A stretch of DNA of 64,000 bases from Elusimicrobiota bacterium. GTDB lineage: Bacteria; Elusimicrobiota; Elusimicrobia; F11. The notes beneath the pieces are model-generated. The model saw only the letters and a list, made by a program, of their open reading frames with translations, was not told the DNA's origin and did not search any database. Positions 63,307-64,000 of the stretch are shown here, one piece after another. The stretch is taken from NCBI GenBank assembly GCA_044221725.1, contig JBGAON010000003.1, positions 480,001 through 544,000 on the forward strand, read 5' to 3'. Numbering within the stretch: position 1 is the stretch's first letter; each line of letters starts with the position of its first letter. The position numbers and the translations under genes are program-made.

Positions 63307-64000
63307 AAATTATCCATTCCATTGAGGGATTTCGCCGCTGGCGAAATTTGGTTTCCTCTCGCCGATCGGTTGGCTTTGTTCCAACCATGGGCGCGCTCCA
63401 CGCGGCGCATCTGTCGCTCGTGAAAAGATCGAAACGAGAAAACGACTTCACGGTGGTTTCGATCTTTGTGAATCCCACGCAGTTCGGTCCCAAAGAAGAT
63501 TTCTCAAAATATCCGCGTCCATTCCAAGCCGACAAGAAGATGTTGACGCGTTTGGGCATCGACGTGTTGTTCCATCCAACGCCGCACGAGATGTACCCAA
63601 ACGGAAACTCCACGCGCGTGCGCGTGAGCAACCTGACGGATACGTTGTGCGGTTCGCCAACATCGCGCGGTCCGGAACATTTTGTTGGCGTGGCCACCGT
63701 GGTCGCAAAGCTGTTCAATATTGTTCGTCCCACGAGAGCGTATTTCGGAATGAAAGACTTTCAGCAGGTGCGTGTCATTGAACAAATGAACGAGGACTTG
63801 GACCTTGGCGTGAGGATTGTGCGCTGTCCCACAATGCGAGAGCCCGACGGACTCGCAATGTCGAGCCGCAATTTGTACTTGTCGGTGAGCGAACGCGCGC
63901 AGGCGCCGCGGCTTTACCGTGCTTTACAGCTGGGGGCAAAACTCTTAACATCCCGCGCTAGAATGGGCCCTCGAGCGGTGGTTACCAAGCTCCACGAACT
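63303..64000 (+). CDS. panC: Pantoate--beta-alanine ligase (partial, runs off right edge)
   Basis: Not in the ORF track. TTG at 63303 overlaps the panB stop; translates GFVPTMGALH..H, VSIFVNPTQF, HFVGVATVV.KLFN, YFGMKDFQQ, REPDGLAMSSRN. Confidence 0.93.
   Translation, partial: MKIIHSIEGFRRWRNLVSSRRSVGFVPTMGALHAAHLSLVKRSKRENDFTVVSIFVNPTQFGPKEDFSKYPRPFQADKKMLTRLGIDVLFHPTPHEMYPNGNSTRVRVSNLTDTLCGSPTSRGPEHFVGVATVVAKLFNIVRPTRAYFGMKDFQQVRVIEQMNEDLDLGVRIVRCPTMREPDGLAMSSRNLYLSVSERAQAPRLYRALQLGAKLLTSRARMGPRAVVTKLHE

Overview
A 64-kb bacterial chromosomal segment, almost all on the minus strand, from a diderm organism. The abundance of PorV-like barrels and FlgD/T9SS-like C-terminal domains suggests Elusimicrobiota or a similar lineage, but this is inference only. 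Housekeeping genes (ispA, eno, ftsB, argB/argD, rsmD, tRNA-Ala, tatD, metG, holB, tmk, folK, panB, panC) are interleaved with a large surface-protein system. Four cassettes each pair a large secreted protein (1956, 615, 3457 and 2065 aa) ending in a T9SS-like 'PNP...GxY...K' C-terminal domain with a PorV-family beta-barrel gene directly downstream. Cassette 1 continues into a 993-aa TPR protein and an ExbB-ExbD-ExbD-TonB motor. Cassette 4 is preceded by a secreted FecR-domain protein and another outer-membrane barrel. Each cassette has a different promoter signature (sigma54, PmrA/QseB-like TTAA boxes, pho-box-like, sigma70). A minor-pilin operon is also present; its ~830-aa pilin-adhesin gene is split by an intact IS256 element with an 8-bp target-site duplication. 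All calls come from reading motifs by eye; no database searches were run.
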